From Macrostomum lignano (Eukaryota), in NCBI GenBank assembly GCA_002269645.1, contig NIVC01003283.1:42635-106634 (forward strand): a DNA stretch of 64,000 nucleotides, written 5' to 3'. This document shows, one piece after another, positions 41,091 through 53,544 of the stretch; the stretch's first letter is position 1, and each line of letters starts with the position of its first letter. Under the pieces are notes generated by a model. The model saw only the letters and a list, made by a program, of their open reading frames with translations, was not told the DNA's origin and made no database searches. The translations under genes and the position numbers were made by a program.

Positions 41091-42022
41091 AGGTCAGTGG
41101 CCACGCTCCAGCTAAGAAGACAGTATTTTGCTGCAGCCAATGTCCCGGAAATCCTGGTCTCTGTCCAGATCCATGCTAATTCATCCACGCTTTAATTCCC
41201 CTTTAACATTTCCCATTTGAGTGAAAACACAATGGAAATGCATAATGGACGTCTTTAAATCAGTCATGGCCTGCACAGCAGGCCATACTGGGCACTTGCT
41301 TTAGTGATTGGGATATGGTTTTTGATGCCATAGACATTTTTCAATCTCTGGGTTTCTGGGCCGTTTCGGTATGGCCTGCAGTGCAGGCCTTTGGCTTCCA
41401 AATGGTTAAGCACTCAAAACCACAGATTTATACCTAAGGTATATTAATACCCATGCTGCAAGAATGAAAACGAGAAGTTGGGGTGTGAGGGGCGAGCCCC
41501 CCACATTCCAACCATAGACATTTCCACTTCAATGTAGGCTTAAATGTACGGTATTAAAGGGATGAATTAAGTCGCAGGCAAAAAGGTCATATAGAATCTG
41601 TGCTCAAAACCGACTATTCAACTCCTCAGTTGAGCACGCTTTTGACGTTTAATGCACGCTTTTTCATATTTGAATTGTGTTACAATGGACGTTTCGGGCA
41701 CGCTTTTCTCCGCCAATGCGTTGTCTAATTATATTTGATGGTTGGACTGCGTCAACAAACGCTCGAATGGCGCTATTTGATCAATCTGTCATCAAGCAAG
41801 CAAATGCAAATGCATGCATTATATTTTCATGGCTAGTCAGGCTGCTTCAATTCAGTCTAGTCAGCCTTGTTTTTGTAAGGGACTTTAACTCAAACAACTT
41901 CGCTACTCGGACCGGAAAAACGTGACAACTTATTGCCCTATAAATTTGCAGACCTCGTCTCCGACTCTGGTGACTTTCGCCGACGACGATTCACATACTC
42001 GACGACTCGCTCAATAGCAACC

Positions 42023-43213
42023 ATGAAGTGGCAGCTCGCTCTCGGATTTTTGCTGTGCGCAGCCCTGGCTGCCCAGGCCGCAAACTCCGGCAATCGTGAA
42101 CAAGCTCAGGAGCACGAAAAGGAGCACGAGGAGAAGAGGGAGCTCGAGAAGGAGCGCGAAAAGGCGCACGAGGAGAAGAGGGAGCTCGAGAAGGAGCACG
42201 AAAAGGAGCGCGAGGAGCGCGAGGAACTCGAGAAGGAGCGCGAAAAGCAAGACGACGAGCACGAGGAGGTCGACCAGGAGCGCGAAGAGCTCGAAAAGGA
42301 GCGCGAAAAGGCGCACGAGGAGAAGAGGGAGCTCGAGAAGGAGCGTGAAAAGGAGCACGAGGAGCGCGAGGAGCTCGACAAGGAGCGCGAAAAGCAAGAC
42401 GAGGAGCGTGAGGAGCTCGACAAGGAGCGCGAAAAGCAGGACGAGGAGCGCGAAGAACTCGACAAGGAGCGCGAAAAGGAGCACAAGGAGCGCGAAGAGG
42501 AGGACGAAGAAGAGCACAAGGACCACAAAGAAAAGCACAAAGAGCACGAGGAGCACGAGGAGCACGAGGAGCACGAGGAGCACGAGGAGCACGAGAAGCA
42601 CAAGGTGAAGAAGGAGCTCGAGAAGGCTGAGGAGGAGCACGAGAAGCACAAGGTGAAGAAGGAGCTCGAGAAGGCTGAGAAGGAGCACGAGAAGCACAAG
42701 TTGAAGAAGGTGCTCGAGAAGGCTGAGGAGGAGCACGAGAAGCACAAGGTGAAGAAGGAGCTCGAGAAGGCTGAGAAGGAGCACGAGAAGCACAAGTTGA
42801 AGAAGGTGCTCGAGAAGGCTGAGGAGGAGCACGAGAAGCACAAGGTGAAGAAGGAGCTCGAGAAGGCTGAGAAGGAGCACGAGAAGCACAAGTTGAAGAA
42901 GGTGCTCGAGAAGGCTGAGGAGGAGCACAAGGAGCGCAAGGAGCAGAGGGAGCTCGAGAAGGCCGAGAAGGCCGAGAAGGCCGAGAAGGAGCACAAGGAG
43001 CGCAAGGAGCAGAGGGAGCTCGAGAAGGCCGAGAAGGCCGAGAAGGCCGAGAAGGAGCACAAGGAGCGCAAGGAGCAGAGGGAGCTCGAGAAGGCCGAGA
43101 AGGAGCACGAGGAGCACAAGGAGGAGGTAGAAAAGCGCGATGCTATGCTGGAGGCTCTGGCCAACCTGGACAGTTTCAACATGCTGGAGGAGAGGGCCGA
43201 GAACCTCAACTAG
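42023..43213 (+). CDS. Intronless secreted Glu/Lys/His/Arg-rich repetitive protein, 396 aa, function unknown
   Basis: ATG in good context (gcaaccATG). Signal peptide MKWQLALGFLLCAALAAQA. Strong GAG/AAG/CAC codon bias. Internal 16/32-aa and 22-aa repeats and a unique C-terminal tail KRDAMLEALANLDSFNMLEERAENLN*. TATAAAT at 41939-41945. Confidence 0.85.
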   Translation: MKWQLALGFLLCAALAAQAANSGNREQAQEHEKEHEEKRELEKEREKAHEEKRELEKEHEKEREEREELEKEREKQDDEHEEVDQEREELEKEREKAHEEKRELEKEREKEHEEREELDKEREKQDEEREELDKEREKQDEEREELDKEREKEHKEREEEDEEEHKDHKEKHKEHEEHEEHEEHEEHEEHEKHKVKKELEKAEEEHEKHKVKKELEKAEKEHEKHKLKKVLEKAEEEHEKHKVKKELEKAEKEHEKHKLKKVLEKAEEEHEKHKVKKELEKAEKEHEKHKLKKVLEKAEEEHKERKEQRELEKAEKAEKAEKEHKERKEQRELEKAEKAEKAEKEHKERKEQRELEKAEKEHEEHKEEVEKRDAMLEALANLDSFNMLEERAENLN

Positions 43214-43929
43214 AATTTCATCAATTTTGGGGTTGGTTAGATCGGTCTGCAGTGCAGCTGAGACAGAACGAGCGAAATCGCTCCATTGAAGATTGAGGAC
43301 CGGCCGTACACCGAAAGCCAACTGTTTGTAACTCTGTTTCCCACATTCATTGCTGAGTGACTTACAAATACTTGAGTGTTCTCGTTTGAAACTACAACAA
43401 CTTTGATTTCCTGATCAGTTAACACCAAATAAAATACTAAAGTGCCCTTAATCTATCGAGTTTGGTTATTCTTCATTTAGAAATTTTGAATTCAGAATTA
43501 AAAAGCACAGATTGTAGCTATATAAAATTAAATATGATGACTTATAGTAGCACGAAGGTGCCTGAAGTTGAGTCAGAACATTGGGTCATGGGTCAAGACT
43601 AAATCAATTTAAATTACATTACAGACACGTACCACCGGAAATCACCTGAACTAGACGCTCTACATGCATATGGTCCATAGCATATAGATCTCTGGATTAG
43701 AGTAGGAACCCCTACACTTGCAAATCGATAAAACTTCTCGTTTGTTGATGAAAACTTTCAGCTCGAACAAGGCGCACACTTAATTGTCCATTGCACTAGG
43801 CTTCATTACATTGTGAGCTCGATACATATTGTAGACACTAAAAATGGTCTGTGACCAGCATAGTTACAGAGAATACTAAATAATTTTCTTGGGCTGCCTT
43901 TCGTTCTGTGAGGGCAGTCCTGCAGTCCA

Positions 43930-44300
43930 AGGCTGTCAGAAAACCGTCCTGCTGTACAACGCTGAGACCTGGATAGCTGACGTGCTCGCTCGAGCAACAA
44001 GTAGGCGCGGCTCGACGCCTTCAAGCTCGACGACGAGCGGGTCTCCAATGCGACACTGAATAGCGGCGCCGGCCTGATTCATCGAAGCGACCTGTTGAGC
44101 CGTCGGCGACTCCAGCTGGCAGGCCACATCATCCGCGCCGAGTCGTGGTGCTCACAGCCGGTGGCACCCTACCGGCGGGGGCAGGCGCGCACTCGGCGTT
44201 TCGTCGATTGCCTGCTGGCTGACGCTGGCGCCCTTCTTCGGTCAGCGGCGTAGGCTTCGTTCGCGGGCTGGCCCAGAAGCGCGCCCTAGCTGTGACGCTG
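43930..44300 (+). mobile_element. Degenerate 3' end of a non-LTR retrotransposon (RTE/L2-like) ORF2
   Basis: Broken frames give TVLLYNAETW, RLDAF, LSRRRLQLAGHIIRAES and PYRRGQARTRRFVDCLLAD, which are typical of the post-RT C-terminal region of RTE/L2-type LINEs. Confidence 0.7.
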
Positions 44301-44859
44301 ACTTCCAAAGACCCTGACAGCGTATTTTGTTGTTTGGGTTGTAAATACCAGCGTATTTAAATACTCAAATATAATCGTTTTCTGTTGGAGCATCATAATT
44401 CCTACAGCTTAATCCAGATTTCAACAATTTCTTCCAGATGTTTTACTAGCTCGGTAAGTCAAATTTTAAGCACCAGAAAGAAGCGTACTAGATTTTAATG
44501 CCTAGATGAGTTCAAAGACGGGACATTCCCGCGGTCCATCGCCTGAGCTTGCACGTGAGCTAAATTTGAGTCGGACCTTGCTTCTCAGTAAATAGCGTGA
44601 GTAATTAATTGGCTTGTTAGCTGACAGGCTGGACAATCAAATTCAAGCGCCGCTCGATTTTTCTCAGCGCAAGTGTATTCAATTTACTGCACTCTCCCAT
44701 CTGATTGTTTGCCAAGATGCGAGCCGTGGAGTGCTAGAGCAGATGGGAGTTCTCGGACTCCATAATGTGTGCGTGCGTTCTTGAGTAAGCTGGAAAGCAT
44801 GGAAAAAGCATTAGCAAGGCAACGTCTCTTACTGTTGAATCTGCCAGCGCCATCCCTCA

Positions 44860-45235
44860 CCCACCCCTCCCTCACCCGCCCTCTCTCACCCGCCTCTCCC
44901 TCGACCGCCCCTCCCTAACCCGCCCCTCCCTCACCCGCCCCTCCCTAACCCGCCCCTCCCTTATCCGCCCCTCCCTGATCCGCCTTTCCCTCATCCGCTC
45001 CTCTTCACCAGCCCCCCATGATCCGCGCCTCTCTGATTCGCGGCTCTGATCCGCCCTCCCTGATCCACCCTCCCTGATCCGCCCTCCCTGATCCGCCCTC
45101 CCTGATCCGCCCTCCCTGATCCGCCCTCCCTGATCCGCCCTCCCTGATCCGCCCTCCCTGATCCGCCCTCCCTGATCCGCCCTCCCTGATCCGCCCTCCC
45201 TGATCCGCCCTCCCTGATCCGCCCTCCCTAATCCT
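44860..45235. repeat. 14-bp C-rich minisatellite
   Basis: Unit GATCCGCCCTCCCT, degenerate on the left. Confidence 0.93.
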
Positions 45236-46154
45236 TCTTCCCTAATCGACTCTCAAATGTTTTTGAGCTTTTTAAAATTGAAATTTCGGACTAAAAACAG
45301 GTTAGTACTGAAATATGATTTAGTACCGTTTACTACTAACAGTAGATTGATGAAAAGAAAAATAAGAAAATAATTTGACGAATAAAGCAAAATTAGTTCA
45401 GCTCTGCCACAAAGTGTGAGGTGGCAGCCAGCTACAGCACGGAGATAGTTGATGATAGTTCAGATCGGATTAGGCCCAATAAATATCCCACATGTGATTT
45501 GTTCTTACAAAGAGAAAAGTCTGCTTGATTTCATTGCGTTTCCAATGCTACAGCTTGGAAATAAGCACTGTTAACATACCCAATGACTGAATAGCATTCT
45601 TATTGCACAAGCAAACAAGAAATATTGCTACAATCCAAACAATTATTATCGGTTGCAGCTGCCCAGCCTGAGATGAATACAGCAGGTAAGCATTGTGGCA
45701 TCGGTATTAAGTGCCAGATGTAGACGAACGCTTCCACCCCAAACTAAGCTCTCACATATTGCTACCTTTAGATAAATGAGAAACTTCTCCTAGCTACTGC
45801 CATCAGCTGGATTCCGATTTTCCCACGAGCTTGGCGATTGTCCTGCAACTGCAGTCGTGAAAATCCTCAGGGGAAATCTGTGCCGGAATAAGCAATCGGG
45901 ATTCCAGTAGCCAAAGGCGGAGACAGTTAAAACTGATACACGCAACAGGGACCCGATTGAATTGCCGCTTCTCCCTTCGTTTCACTGAATTATTAATTAG
46001 TTTTTCAACTAATTGAGACAAGCCCAGGCGACCTAGGACAGGTGCCTGGAGTGGCAGTTCCCATTGTCAGGCAGGTGCAGGCGAGGCAATTTTTTGCCAA
46101 ATGTTTTGGCGCAAAGTCACCACTGGGGGCGTAGTTATACCATAGACAAGTGTC

Positions 46155-46810
46155 TAATGAACATTCACCCATTCTTGCAATGGTGTCTGTGGCATTCACC
46201 CATTCTTGCAATGGTGTCTGTGTCATTCACCCATTCTTGCAATGGTGTCCGTGGCATTCACCCATTCTTGCAATGGTGTCTGTGGCATTCACCCATTCTT
46301 ACAATGGTGTCTAATGAACATTCACCCATTCTTGCAATGGTGTCCGTGGCATTCACCCATTCTTGCAATGGTGTCTGTGGCATTCACCCATTCTTGCAAT
46401 GGTGTCTGTGGCATTCACCCATTCTTGCAATGGTGTCTGTGGCATTCACCCATTCTTGCAATGGTGTCTAATGAACATTCACCCATTCTTGCAATGGTGT
46501 CTAATGAACATTCACCCATTCTTGCAATGGTGTCCGTGGCATTCACCCATTCTTGCAATGGTGTCTGTGGCATTCACCCATTCTTGCAATGGTGTCTGTG
46601 TCATTCACCCATTCTTGCAATGGTGTCCGTGGCATTCACCCATTCTTGCAATGGTGTCTGTGGCATTCACCCATTCTTGCAATGGTGTCTGTGGCATTCA
46701 CCCATTCTTGCAATGGTGTCTGTGGCATTCACCCATTCTTGCAATGGTGTCCGTGGCATTCACCCATTCTTGCAATGGTGTCCGTGGCATTCACCCATTC
46801 TTGCAATGGT
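46155..46810. repeat. 31-bp minisatellite
   Basis: Unit CATTCACCCATTCTTGCAATGGTGTCTGTGG. Confidence 0.96.
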
Positions 46811-47084
46811 TATTTCAGCCAGTTCTGAAGGCCGTTGCTCATGATCGGAACCACCAATTTGGCAAAAGTGACTTCAATTTTGGCCAGCCCATCGACAAAA
46901 CGTTAATTTACCTTTCGGCAATGTCTATGGTAACTGTGGCAGAATCAGATAAAAGCCTAAAACAATCACTGTTACTGATTCAATGATCTAAATTTCATTG
47001 ATGAAGTCACTGAAAAAAACATTTTCTTTTGTCCTCACGTTGCTTCAAAGCAACGCTAGCTTCAGTGACAAATCTGTGAATGAT

Positions 47085-47225
47085 CGCCTCGGCCTTGGTT
47101 CTCTTCATGTCAGTCGTCTCCAGTCTCTTCTTTCTTGGATGCTGCGCATCAATCCGTTCTCCATCCTTCAGACCGCCACTCCAGGCCTCTGGTCCTGGGC
47201 CTCCTTGGACAAGCGCAGGGTTGGT
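47085..47225 (-). mobile_element. Possible very degenerate LINE ORF2 3' remnant
   Basis: The minus strand gives RRPRTR and LMRSIQERRDWRRLT* in different frames, similar to the RPR.RW...QDR..WR ending of RTE-type ORF2. Confidence 0.35.
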
Positions 47226-48382
47226 TTGAATTTTTAATTAGCCGAGCGGCTCGGTGTGAGATGACAAACGAATTCTGTCACGAGAGAATTTCAAAAAACA
47301 GAAATCTAGTTCAAAATCTTTTTGCTTCATTGAATTGTCTTGAAATGACGGAATTTGCTTCCAAGAGTTGGAAACTGACCGGATTAAAGGGGTGATTGTT
47401 ATTTTGATCTGAGTCGGGATGCAGTAAGAGTGGGGATCTATAGAGATTAATGATTCCGGGATCCACTAGGATTTAGCATCAGTAATCAAATAGAAATAGA
47501 GTCTATATCAATTAGGATCCGTTAGGATTAGAGTGGTTAGGCATTAAGATTGGAGTTGGGACTCATTAAGAGTATAATACTGGTTTCAACTTTTATTGCG
47601 AACTATTGTATCAATAACTTCTATTGTATCCAGTAAGTTCCTATTTTAGCTTTTACTAGCATACTATATTCAGATGATAAATCTTCATTGCGAGATACTA
47701 GCTCGTATAAATATGAATTCACACTCTTAATTGTTTTATAGTGACAAGAGTACCTGACTTCGACAGTAACGGTGTCACAGTGTATTACATCACGCTTGTA
47801 TCAATTCAATACGTAGACGGCAGCGCCAAATTAAATTGCCTTCTTTGAGGAAAGAGATGATGATTTTTTGGACAGCTACAAGTTGAATTTGTGCCGGTTA
47901 AACGTTTCAAACATCTCTGTCTTCTAAGCTGTTTCGTTCGACATTTCTAATATATAAACAAAGTAATAATGTATACCTACAAACAATGCATTGCTACGCA
48001 GGATACCAGAAATGAAAGCGAAAATGCAGTTAAATGATTATATTCTAACACTTCATACCATCTTGAAAGTACGGGTACAATGTAAAACCACATTTGCAAG
48101 CCATAGGGTTTAAAAACATAGCTTACTTGCTGCGACAATTTCTTAATCTAGCGTAGGTTCTTTTACCCCTTTTAGTCCAATCAGGAGCTTTGGAAGCGAT
48201 ATTTGCGATTGGTTCGACTACTACCTGAGCAGCGAGTTGAAGTTCGCTGACAGACTCACCTAAGTTGAGAAGCAGTTTACTAACTGTTAACTCCTGGCAC
48301 ATTGTGGCAGCGCTTAAACGGCGAGCATCTCGAAATTCGTCTGGAACCGCTTGGAGCTCGCGAATTTTAGCAGCTGCCCATC

Positions 48383-48961
48383 ATGCGCCCGCTAATCTCT
48401 TGCTGGCTCTTTGTAGCCGCTCTTTGTCTGACCGCCGTTGCCGTCAGCAACGCGAACTCCAACCTGGATGAAGACGATGACTACATTGGAGTAGCTCCTG
48501 AGCATGAGCAGCTCCGATACAACTCAAAAGGCCTCCGTAGAGATCTTCGTAAGTGGCAGTACAACGGCGGCATGTTCGGAAAACGGCAGTACAACGGCGG
48601 CATGTTCGGAAAGCGGCAGTACAACGGCGGCATGTTCGGAAAGCGGCAGTACAACGGCGGCATGTTCGGAAAACGGCAGTACAACGGCGGCATGTTCGGA
48701 AAACGGCAGTACAACAGCGGCATGTTCGGAAAACGGCAGTACAACGGCGGCATGTTCGGAAAACGGCAGTACAACGGCGGCATGTTCGGAAAACGGCAGT
48801 ACAACGGCGGCATGTTCGGAAAACGGCAGTACAACGGCGGCATGTTCGGAAAACGGCAGTACAACGGCGGCATGTTCGGAAAACGGCAGTATAACGGCGG
48901 CATGTTCGGAAAACGGCAGTACAACGGCGGCATGTTCGGAAAACGGCAGTACGAAGAGTAA
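48383..48961 (+). CDS. Intronless neuropeptide precursor, 192 aa: signal peptide, acidic spacer and 13 copies of QYNGGMF-GKR (one QYNSGMF)
   Basis: Hydrophobic signal MRPLISCWLFVAALCLTAVAVSNA, then DEDDD spacer. A 30-nt unit from 48557 to 48946 encodes a peptide plus Gly amide donor and KR cleavage site. Two of the three variant types between units are synonymous (AAA/AAG, TAC/TAT). Confidence 0.93.
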   Translation: MRPLISCWLFVAALCLTAVAVSNANSNLDEDDDYIGVAPEHEQLRYNSKGLRRDLRKWQYNGGMFGKRQYNGGMFGKRQYNGGMFGKRQYNGGMFGKRQYNGGMFGKRQYNSGMFGKRQYNGGMFGKRQYNGGMFGKRQYNGGMFGKRQYNGGMFGKRQYNGGMFGKRQYNGGMFGKRQYNGGMFGKRQYEE

Positions 48962-49689
48962 ACTTTAAAGAGACGCGAACAGATAAAAATCTTATAATTC
49001 CATTAGCTACCGCTTGCGGTGAGCCGCATCAATGCGATGACCTGCGATTCAGCGGGACATTCCATGTGCTTGTTGTGCAATACCCTCGGCCTCTAACTTA
49101 TTTCTTGGAAAATGACACTTCGATCTCTCTGAGAGAATAAGTAAAAAAGTGTTCAAGCACGATGTTCACAATCAAAAGCTAACACAATAAAAAAATCAAA
49201 ATCTTTTGATTGAAGACAAAGCTTGCACCGAAGCGTACGTGGTTTGTGTGTTCCTAAAACTCAATGTTCATTCATCAAGTCACTTGACTTTTCTTAAGGT
49301 TTGAATCTTGAGCCATCTTCGCTGAAAACATTTGGGAATAGTTCTCTATTCTCAAGTTACATAGTACACTCAGCAACATGATAAAGTTTTTCACACCGAA
49401 ACCAGTAGTCAAAATTTTCTCAGATCTACCCCAAGTGAGCAACTTACAACCACGCCCGCGGTTCTGGTCTCAACTGTAGCTGAGTGATGCAGGTTGCGTC
49501 ACAAGGCCGTAGCTTAGGCTGGTGAGGAGAGAGTGGAGAGTTTTGGCTAGAGTTGAATTAATGTGCCGCTTGATGACCACTGGTTTCGGAAAGGAAACTT
49601 TTGCATGTTGCTGAATGTAGATCCTCTATCCTCTAGATGTAAATATACATCCTCTACCCCTTTTAAATGTGCATCCTTTCCAATCCTAT

Positions 49690-50040
49690 GTGCACATTCT
49701 CTACCCCTCCAAATGTACATCCTCTCCCGCCCTAGTGCGAATTCTCTACCCCTCCAAATGTACATCCTCTCCCGCCCTAGTGCGAATTCTCTACCCCTCC
49801 AAATGTACATCCTCTCCCGCCCTAGTGCGAATTCTCTACCCCTCCAAATGTACATCCTCTCCCGCCCTAGTGCGAATTCTCTACCCCTCCAAATGTACAT
49901 CCTCTCCCGTCCAAAGTGCGCATTCGCTACCCCTCCTAAATGTACATCCTCTCCCGTCCTAAGTGCGCATTCGCTACCCCTCCTAAATGTACATTCACTC
50001 CCGTTATAAGTGTACATTCTCTACCCCTCCTTAGTGTATA
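49690..50040. repeat. 45-bp minisatellite
   Basis: Unit GCGAATTCTCTACCCCTCCAAATGTACATCCTCTCCCGCCCTAGT. Confidence 0.93.
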
Positions 50041-51094
50041 TACTCTATCCCCTCCGACTAAATTCTCTAGCCCTAAAAAGTACATAAAAGCCGAATACGA
50101 GTATAGGGTGATATCATGCTACAAACGAACCATAAACCATTCTATACAAGAACTTCATCTGCAGTATCTGCGACAAGTTAAGAAGCCACTGACAGTTCTT
50201 TTAAGCCTAGGCAAGCTAACGCACTCAATAGCCAAAGTCCACACAAGTCTAAATTTAAAGCCCACCCTCGCTGCTAAAGAGCCGTCCATTTATATTCAAA
50301 CAGCAGCTGAAACTCCCCGGGGGACTGGAGCCGGCAACAAGAAAAACTTGATGGCCCATGAATTAAGCAACAGTATGTATAGTGCTGCAGCCTGTAGTGC
50401 TTAGAGCGGCACCCAGATGGACGGCAACTTGCTATAAAACGGATCGTCTCGCATTGTTGACTTAGGAACTTTCCACTCGCTCGCTCACTAATTCATGCAG
50501 CCGGTTTTCTCACTTTCACTCTCGCCTCCGATTAACCTGGGTGAGCCATGATATAATTATGGGAATATAAACTTGTGGCTGAGCCAGTATCGACCCTGCA
50601 TGGCAACCGCCTTTCAGCAGCCCCAGAGGGCAGCTCTCAAGCAGTTTACTCGGTGCGTCACACCCACGCTTCGATGCCAGATTTCTTCCTCGTTCGCAGA
50701 AAGAAACGCGAAATTTTATAAGTTTTGCCCAAAGTCATGCGCGCACGCGATTGGAGACTGAAATTGGCCATTAAAAACATGAAATAGCTAAAAAAATTGC
50801 AGGAAACTTCGGCAGCGACTGCAGAGCGTAGTTTGGTTCTAATGAGAAAAACAGCACGTATCAGGCAAACGAATGCAGGGCCAGGAGCTCACGTGACTCG
50901 GTGGAGTAGCCTTGACTTACAGTTGCTTACTGTGCGGGAAGTGAGGACCGGGGACAAGTCTTATGGGGTTTCATCGTAGGGCGATTGTCTGTGATCAACA
51001 GGGCCAGCTTGAAGATTCTTATACATGCACATGCATCCGTGAGGAGGGAAGTTATAATGGCGGAAGAGCGGTTTTAGGCAATGCGACATCAAAA

Positions 51095-51240
51095 ACGGCG
51101 ATTGTTCAGGGGATTGGGAGGGCGATTGTTCAGGGAATCAGGAGGGGCATTGTTCAGGGATCGGGAGGGCCATTAGGCAGGTTCAGGGCATTGGGAGGGT
51201 GATTGTTCAGGGGATCGGGAGGGCGATTGGTCAGGGGATT
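51095..51240. repeat. Short degenerate ~21-bp tandem repeat
   Basis: GGGAGGGCGATTGTTCAGGGGAT-like units. Confidence 0.8.
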
Positions 51241-51822
51241 AACGTAGTAAACTTCAAAGATAAAAAGGATAGCTTTTAAAACTATTTAGGAGTTGTTCAT
51301 TCTGTGTGAATTGAATTGCAAAAAGATGTCAAGAAGGCAAAAATAGTTAAGCCAGATTTGAGAACACAAGACTTGCTGACTCAGAATGATAGGTCGCGTG
51401 CCGGCTGCTCTGTGGCGGCCAGCAACTGGGACCCGATGGCAGGCTGGCGCAATTAGCAGCCAGTGCCAGGGGTTGACAGAGACTTAAGGGAAAATCATCC
51501 CTGCCCAAGTCTATACCTGACTGTTCACGCTCCGCATGGGGGGGCGGCTGAGGTTTCAGTCTATGACAGAAGGCCAATTAAGCGTGCGTACATGTATTCT
51601 GGCAGGCATCAGCCTGGGCGTAGAAATTATAATCAACTATCAGAGTTCTTTTGCATGATTAGGAGTTCGGCAAGGTAGCTCAGGTGTGACTGGGCGAATA
51701 TGCCAGATAAGAGAAGGCCGCTAAATTTCTTCTTTTGGAAGTTTGTCGGAGTTGAACTTAATTGCGCTGTATAGTAACTGGACCAAAATCGTAACTCGAT
51801 ATACGAATTCAGGAGCCTCTGC

Positions 51823-52892
51823 ACACAGCTAGACTTCATACACTCCCTGACACAAATCACAGCTAGATTTCATACACTCCCTGACACAAATCACAGCTAG
51901 ATTTCATACACTCCCTGACACAAATCACAGCTGGAATTCATACACTCCCTGACACAAATCACAGCTAGATTTCATACACTCCCTGACACAAATCACAGCT
52001 AGATTTCATACACTCCCTGACACAAATCACAGCTGGAATTCATACACTCCCTGACACAAATCACAGCTAGATTTCATACACAGGCTGACACAAATCACAG
52101 CTAGATTTCATACACTCCCTGACACAAATCACAGCTAGATTTCATACACTCCGACACAAATCACAGCTAGATTTCATACACTCCCTGACACAAATCACAG
52201 CTGGAATTCATACACTCCCTGACACAAATCACAGCTAGACTTCATACACTCCCTGACACAAATCACAGCTAGATTTCATACACTCCGACACAAATCACAG
52301 CTAGATTTCATACACTCCCTGACACAAATCACAGCTAGATTTCATACACTCCGACACAAATCACAGCTAGATTTCATACACTCCCTGACACAAATCACAG
52401 CTGGAATTCATACACTCCCTGACACAAATCACAGCTAGATTTCATACACAGGCTGACACAAATCACAGCTAGATTTCATACACTCCCTGACACAAATCAC
52501 AGCTAGATTTCATACACTCCCTGACACAAATCACAGCTAGATTTCATACACTCCCTGACACAAATCACAGCTGGAATTCATACACTCCCTGACACAAATC
52601 ACAGCTAGATTTCATACACTCCCTGACACAAATCACAGCTATATTTCATACACTTCCTGACACAAATCACAGCTAGATTTCATACACTCCCTGACACAAA
52701 TCACAGCTGGAATTCATACACTCCCTGACACAAATCACAGCTAGATTTCATACACTTCCTGACACAAATCACAGCTAGATTTCATACACTCCCTGACACA
52801 AATCACAGCTATATTTCATACACTTCCTGACACAAATCACAGCTGGATTTCATACACTCCCTGACACAAATCACAGCTGGAATTCATACACA
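51823..52892. repeat. 34-bp minisatellite, about 31 copies
   Basis: Unit CACAGCTAGATTTCATACACTCCCTGACACAAAT. Confidence 0.97.
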
Positions 52893-53544
52893 AAAGTAAA
52901 AAGCCAAAACATTCGAGCTTCTTTTTCGAGCGAGTTTAAATCAGAAAGTTTCCAGTAAATCTTTGATTTTATCCTGTAGCAGCTGGTCTATAATAGTTTG
53001 TATCGTCAATAATTTTGTTAACACAGACAGGACAAAAACGCGGTAAGGAAGTTGAGAATTTTTCGAATTCTTTTGAGAAACCGGCACTAACAAAATGCAC
53101 AACAGCGGCACAGGCAATAAATTCGAATCATCACTGTATCGTTCATCTCGAATGGAAATAATGGAATTAATTAAACGTTAAACACATAATAAAGTAGCGG
53201 TTAAACACGTTTTAACGCAATAAACAACATTTTAATTAGCATACAACACCCAAAACCGTAGCGTGTACAGTAGAGTCTAAGGTACATCAAGCAATAAAAA
53301 ACGCAGAAAATGAAATCATGTAATTTTAAAACTAGAGCCATAAAACCAACCAAATTATATATTTTTTCGTTTAACGTACACCAATAGCACAAAGAAAACA
53401 CTGTATAAATAATGGAATACATTTAACAGTAGAAATACCTTTTTAAACTCTCACTCTGTCATACTGTCGATATCGATTTTCCTACGCACAAGTTGCAATA
53501 CAATTGACGGGCAACCTCACTCCCAACCCCTCCATTTCTATCCG

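Noticed and set aside
42011-43321. 436-aa Leu/Val-rich and 367-aa Ser-rich minus-strand ORFs, and the 170-aa plus-strand alternate frame
   Set aside because: Shadows of the GAG/AAG-rich plus-strand CDS, which has the signal peptide, start context and TATA box.
49940-51700. Several 60-154-aa ORFs after the 45-bp array
   Set aside because: No codon bias, no splice-consistent structure and no recognisable motifs.
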